This document shows, in pieces, positions 59,069 to 64,000 of a DNA stretch of 64,000 bases. The position numbers and the translations under genes were made by a program. A model generated the notes under the pieces. The model searched no databases. It was not told the DNA's origin and saw only the letters and a program-made list of their open reading frames with translations. The DNA lies in the NCBI GenBank assembly GCA_051362555.1, contig CM120648.1:7746587-7810586 (forward strand), written 5' to 3'. Every line of letters begins with the position of its first letter. The stretch's first letter is position 1. The stretch is from Lingula anatina (Eukaryota > Animalia > Brachiopoda).

Positions 59069-62000
59069 ATGATGAATGTTCGTGGTTATGATCACCGACT
59101 TCGACCTCAGCACCTGCGTGTGTACGATGAGCCGCCGCTGTTACCTTCTTCGCAATCCTCGGACCAGTCGAGTACGACTGACGGCTTGTACGCGTCCATC
59201 CGACCATCCAACATCACAACTGTAGACCTTGAGTCATTTTCCGAGCCCAGTGAAAATGACAGTGGTCACAACGACAAAATTCAGCTTGGACGACGATGGC
59301 GCTGTTACCTCATGGCGATCTTCGCCATGTGTTGTTTACAGATGGTAGCCATAGTGGTTCTGGGTGCTGCTATTCATTTTCATCAACATGATGGCGGCAA
59401 ACTGTCCAGGGATACGGCGGCTCTTTTGAACCAACCAATAGCCATGTCCCAAATCGATGTTTCAGAGGATGGGCATGTTGGACCGGCTTATCTGTGTGTT
59501 CCAGGCCTGGATATCAAATACCACAGTGAGAACTGCACCATACTTAAAATATTGCATCGGGTAATTGCGACAGTTTATATTTCTTCGGTAGACTCTAGTG
59601 TGTTTAACTGGTAAATAATCAATTAAAATCACATTTTAGATGCATGGAACATTAAGAGCTTGAAAACTACCGGTACATGTTGCAATTATAAGACGTATAC
59701 ATTTATTTAGCGACTCAGTTACTTGTACTTGCAGTTTCCCTATTATACTGTGTCAAAAACGTTTAAATTTCATTTTGGGGGTTGATTTAAATTACATTGC
59801 CTATAGTTACGTTCGTCCCAATAAGGTATACCCAGGAGACCGTTGAGCCTTTACAGTATACATAATCTTACTACTGTTTAAAATCCCAAAGATACCAGTA
59901 TTCAGCAGTATTCAGCTGCTCTTATAATGCCAGAAGCAATCCTTGTTGATAATGTTGGTAATATAACGCTAACTTATTTTTTTATGTAGCATTTTTGTTA
60001 TTTTCATTACAATTAAATGGTGATAAACCAGAATTATTTAATCTTTGGTTAAAAAGAAAGAGGGGGTAGAGTATCACATATCGGCGTGCAGGTGACGCAG
60101 TGCTTTTTAAAAATATGGCGGGGTATTGTTTAGTGAATCAGCATGATGTTGACTTTTTATCTATTTATTTGCAGCTCCTGGAAAAAGTTGACAAAAATCT
60201 TTATGCAGCTATGAACGACATGAATAAAACCGCCAATAATGTGATGAATGGTGCGTGCAATGCTTCCTCACACCATAGAGGGCTTACAATGTTGGGAAAA
60301 CAACCTAAAGCATGGCCTATGCATTTTACACATGAACCTCTCTTCAATTCATAGTATCACATCGGATTCATTACTTTTTCAACACTTAAAAGTCATTTTT
60401 ATAAGTTACTTATCTAAAACCATGCTCTGGGGATCCATGACGTGTGGATTGTTAGACACAGATGAAATACTAGATTACCCCTCCCCATCCTTCAAAGAAA
60501 AAAGAGGAAGACAGAAAGAGATTAACGCCCAGCAGAAGAATAAAAATCTGGTGTTATATTCTCTTTATTCTTTGTCTAGGAAAATAAGTTTACTTTCGTC
60601 CAGAAATATGGCCCCGTTAAATATATCTTCAATTGTTTACGCATGGCTTCTTGGCTTGTCTACCCGCACGAAAATGCAGTAGTATCGAAGTAGCAAAGAA
60701 GCATTAACGCAGTAGTGGTGTGGAGCATATTTGCAGTAGAAATGCAGCATAGCCTACTGCAATTCTACTTCAAAATTTACATAGGGTTGTACAGAGGAGG
60801 AGCATTAATGCAGTAGATTAGCAGCATGATAGAAGCATGTTTCAAATATGCTAATTAGCTCCCTACTCGAAGCAGATTTGAAGCATGTTTGCAGTATGAT
60901 TGCAGTAGTCTACTGCGCTGGAGTATCTACTGCGTTTTCTTGCGGGTACTCTTTAAGTAAGTAAAGTTAAGTAAATAACAACATTTGCATATATGCTTGT
61001 TTTACATAGGACTTCTTATGATAAATTAAGTTAACCGTTGTCGATATCTCTTTTTACAGGTCTCAACAGAAATATGTCCAAGCTGGCTGTAAACAGTCGT
61101 CTGCAGGACAGCTCGCTGTACAATATCACGGAGACAGTTGCTTCCTTAAATCGGAAAATGAATGGTAAATATGTTTGTACGTCTAAACAGGTACTCTATT
61201 TTTATACTCCCCTACACCTTTTTCCTTCTTATTTCTATTTCTCTGCAGGTATGATGTCCCAGAACAAAATTGATGCCAGTTTTGACCCTTGGTTTCATAG
61301 ACAGATCGAAAATGGTGCTTTGTCTTTATACAATAACTTTCGCTTTCTGTAGAAAATGTCAACATTGAGATAAGTTCCCTTTTTAACTTTCACAACAGAT
61401 TATATTAAATCGGTCCTGAGTGATAACTGTTAAGGTCAACCCCGTGGTTATCTTATAATGGTACCTATATACTTGTGGAGGTACTGTAAACACCTTCTTC
61501 AAATCTGAGTCACCATGATTGAATATATAATCTTAAACGATATTATGCTTGAAAATAATTTATGTGCTTACAGTGTTGGGAAAATAACCTAAACCATGGT
61601 CTTAGAATTTGACACCTGAACCACTCTTCTATTCATATTATCACATCGTTACTTTTTCAACACTTAAAGGTCATTTTTATAAGTTACTTATCTAAAACCA
61701 TGCTCTGGGGACCCATGACGTATGGATTGTCAAACACAGATGAAATGCCAGAATACTCCCCCCCCCCCTCCAAAAAAAAAAAAAAAAGAAGACAGAAAGA
61801 GATAAACGCCCAGAAGAAGAAGAATAGAGCAAGTTGGCCCCCCTGACGTCAACTGCGTTTTTTGTCAAATTGTGAGCCATCTGGCATTATATTTGAAAAA
61901 ATAATGACATTGCATACGTAGCTTAGTTCATGGGGCTTACTTTAAAATCGGTTTTGTTTCTCTAACTCATTCCTAGTTGGCTCTACAAGGCCAAAAGTGT

Positions 62001-63176
62001 GTAACTGGGTCAACTAGCCCCGGTCTCCCCTACAACCACACACAACTGACCCTGTTACATGTATATATATTCCGTTATTCCAGGTCTCCAAGCTAATGTC
62101 ACTGATTTACCTAATCACATCCCTTTAACATTGGCACGCTTGAGAGGCGGGAGAGACAATAACAGTAAGTGTTGTTTTAAATAAGTTTGACAATAAAGGG
62201 TGTAAATTTTATACCAAAGGCTTCATACTGTAAGATGTAACATTATTCTTCTCTTTAATTCTGTACATTTGTTTCTCCTTAATGCAACATGTACATAGGG
62301 TTGTCATTTTTAATAAATTCTAAAGGAGACGCTAAATATTTGGATTATTTCAAAGAATCAAAAGCTTGAGAAGTGCAAATGAACAGAAAATGGGAGGAGG
62401 GCTTTGCCAGAAAAGACAAAAATATGTGAAAGGTGGTTAGCTTTAGAGACAAGCGCGTTGACCCGTTTTTTTATAAGGAAACAGTAAATCTAATGGTATG
62501 TGCTCCTTTAGGAACAGCACTTGTTTTCAAGAGGGCTCATAAGCCATAAAAAAGGCTTGCAATACAAACTACTAAATCATGGACAGTATTTATGAGAAGA
62601 TTCAAGTAAACTTCGTCTTCAATGCAATAAATTTGTAATGTAAAAATGATCCAAATCATTTACTAGCGAAAGAATATGATATAAGAAACGCCAACGGAAG
62701 TATTGGCTATGCACCCTTATTAATAAGCTTCAGATGCAGTTACATGTAGAGTCAATTTCAAAGACATGCTATTGTCTTGTTATATATTTAAGTTTTATGT
62801 TTTAGTTCTAACGTGGGATGACGGTAATGATAAAATCCTTCGTGGGGATGTCAAGTATAACAAATCCGAAAAGTGCCTAAGAGTGGAGCGAGAGGGGCAC
62901 TTTCTCGTGTACAGCCAGCTCTGTGTGAGCGTTCCCAGTACTACTACTAGTTCAGCTGTGCATTTTACTCAAGCAATCCAGATAAGAATTCCATCCGGCT
63001 GGCACAGTGTGCTTTATAAGGAACTTAGTGTGCAGCGAGGCCATATTGATTGCATATATGTGTCAGGAATAGTGCACCTCGTCAAAGACGACTGCGTCAA
63101 AGTTGATTTTTCAGATGAAGAGTTAATCAGTAGCAACCAGGAGTACAATTCGTTTGGTTTGTACATGCTGGCATGA
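59069..63176 (+). CDS. TNF superfamily ligand (type II membrane protein with C-terminal TNF homology domain), ~396 aa
   Basis: Exons 59069-59560, 60175-60250, 61060-61164, 61249-61314 (less certain), 62084-62164, 62806-63176. TM WRCYLMAIFAMCCLQMVAIVVLGAAIHF. THD motifs LARLRG, LTW, LRVEREGHFLVYSQL, IYVSGIVHLVKDDCVKV, NSFGLYML*. Confidence 0.9.
60288..61830 (+). repeat. Intragenic ~250-bp direct duplication in TNF introns
   Basis: 60288-60545 and 61573-61830 share TGTTGGGAAAA...TTACTTTTTCAACACTTAAA...AAGTTACTTATCTAAAACCATGCTCTGGGGA.CCATGACG. Confidence 0.75.
60661..60948. mobile_element. 288-bp MITE, copy 2 (inverted), in TNF intron 2
   Basis: Reverse-complement match to 23025-23312 over the full length, with the same TIRs. 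Confidence 0.85.
62806..63176 (+). CDS. TNF homology domain terminal exon
   Basis: The canonical THD pattern L-x-W, G-x-[FY]-x-V-Y-S-Q, G-x-x-x-L-x-x-x-D and terminal F-G-x-Y is present; preceded by a tttag acceptor. Confidence 0.93.
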
Positions 63177-63892
63177 ACCAGTCGTTCTCAATGCCTGTGA
63201 GGCCTTTATTTTTATTAGTAACGATGTTAATACAGTAAGTGACATTTCCGGGGACTTCACTGTGTTTCATTGTCAGTAAATGAGAAAATCAATGACTTCT
63301 TAAAACACATGCATTGTGCTTGTTCCCCAGTATGACAGTTAAAGAAAGACGACTATTTAATAAATGCCCATGTTTTTAGCTAATATTTTAATATTTAAAA
63401 ATTTTACGAATCCATATAGACCCAGAGATTCAAACAAAATTCATTATGCCCCCATGTAGAAATATGTCTCATATTGGTTAGGTATAGCATCTTATTGTAT
63501 ATAGTATACATGTTCTGTGTTTTACTGTCTTCCAATACAAATGTATTAGCATTCGCTAATATTGCGTGACCTCAGGCCACTGATTGGTCAGTAACCTTAG
63601 CTTGTTCAAGAATTGTTTTTCATAAAAACGGTATATTGCTACCATGCAGTACAAATTGCCTTGCTTTAAATTAATCGTCAGTACATTGAAAATATTTTAA
63701 TTGTTAAAATCCATTTTCTGTTTTATTTTTTATGTTTTTCCATTGATAAAAAGGAGATGTGCATTGCCAATGACATGTACTATGCTGTATCAATAAAACG
63801 TAGATTATTTAGCAAGTCTGAGAGTTGTCTTTTCGTCGTATTTAGGTGGTCAATCGGTATAATGAAACAGATAAATAAAGCAAAGAATATAT

Positions 63893-63930
63893 ACTACACT
63901 ACACTACACTACACTACACTACACTACACT
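63893..63930. repeat. (ACACT)n pentanucleotide microsatellite
   Basis: Directly visible run actacactacactac... Confidence 0.85.
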
Positions 63931-64000
63931 TTACTAGAAATAGAATAATCTTTGATGAAGGTAAAGATAATTTCATTTAAAATAAATACTACTATAAAGA

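Overview
AT-rich, intron-containing animal genomic DNA, probably from a marine invertebrate (inferred from gene families and transposon content; species not determinable). Most ORF-track entries are spurious, so I reconstructed the genes by hand from GT-AG splice sites and exon phase. Three spliced genes are supported. (1) + strand 17438-22960: an 11-exon secreted protein with signal peptide, CCP/sushi, Caspr/neurexin-IV-type fibrinogen-like domain, 4 EGF modules and a Cys-rich C-terminal domain I do not recognise. (2) - strand 57691->25331: a TNF-receptor-superfamily-like type I membrane protein with no death domain. Its cytoplasmic tail appears to be encoded by about 20 micro-exons of 24-36 nt inside tandem 'satellite' arrays: an 808-bp array with phase-1 exons, and a roughly 13-kb repeat region with phase-2 exons. 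(3) + strand 59069-63176: a TNF-superfamily type II ligand lying head-to-head with the receptor, with start codons about 1.4 kb apart. The rest is MITEs, Tc1/mariner, Harbinger, Kolobok-like and LINE remnants, and microsatellites. The main candidate novel system is the divergently linked TNF ligand/receptor pair with a receptor tail built from repeat-amplified symmetric micro-exons. All gene models are manual and need RNA-seq confirmation.
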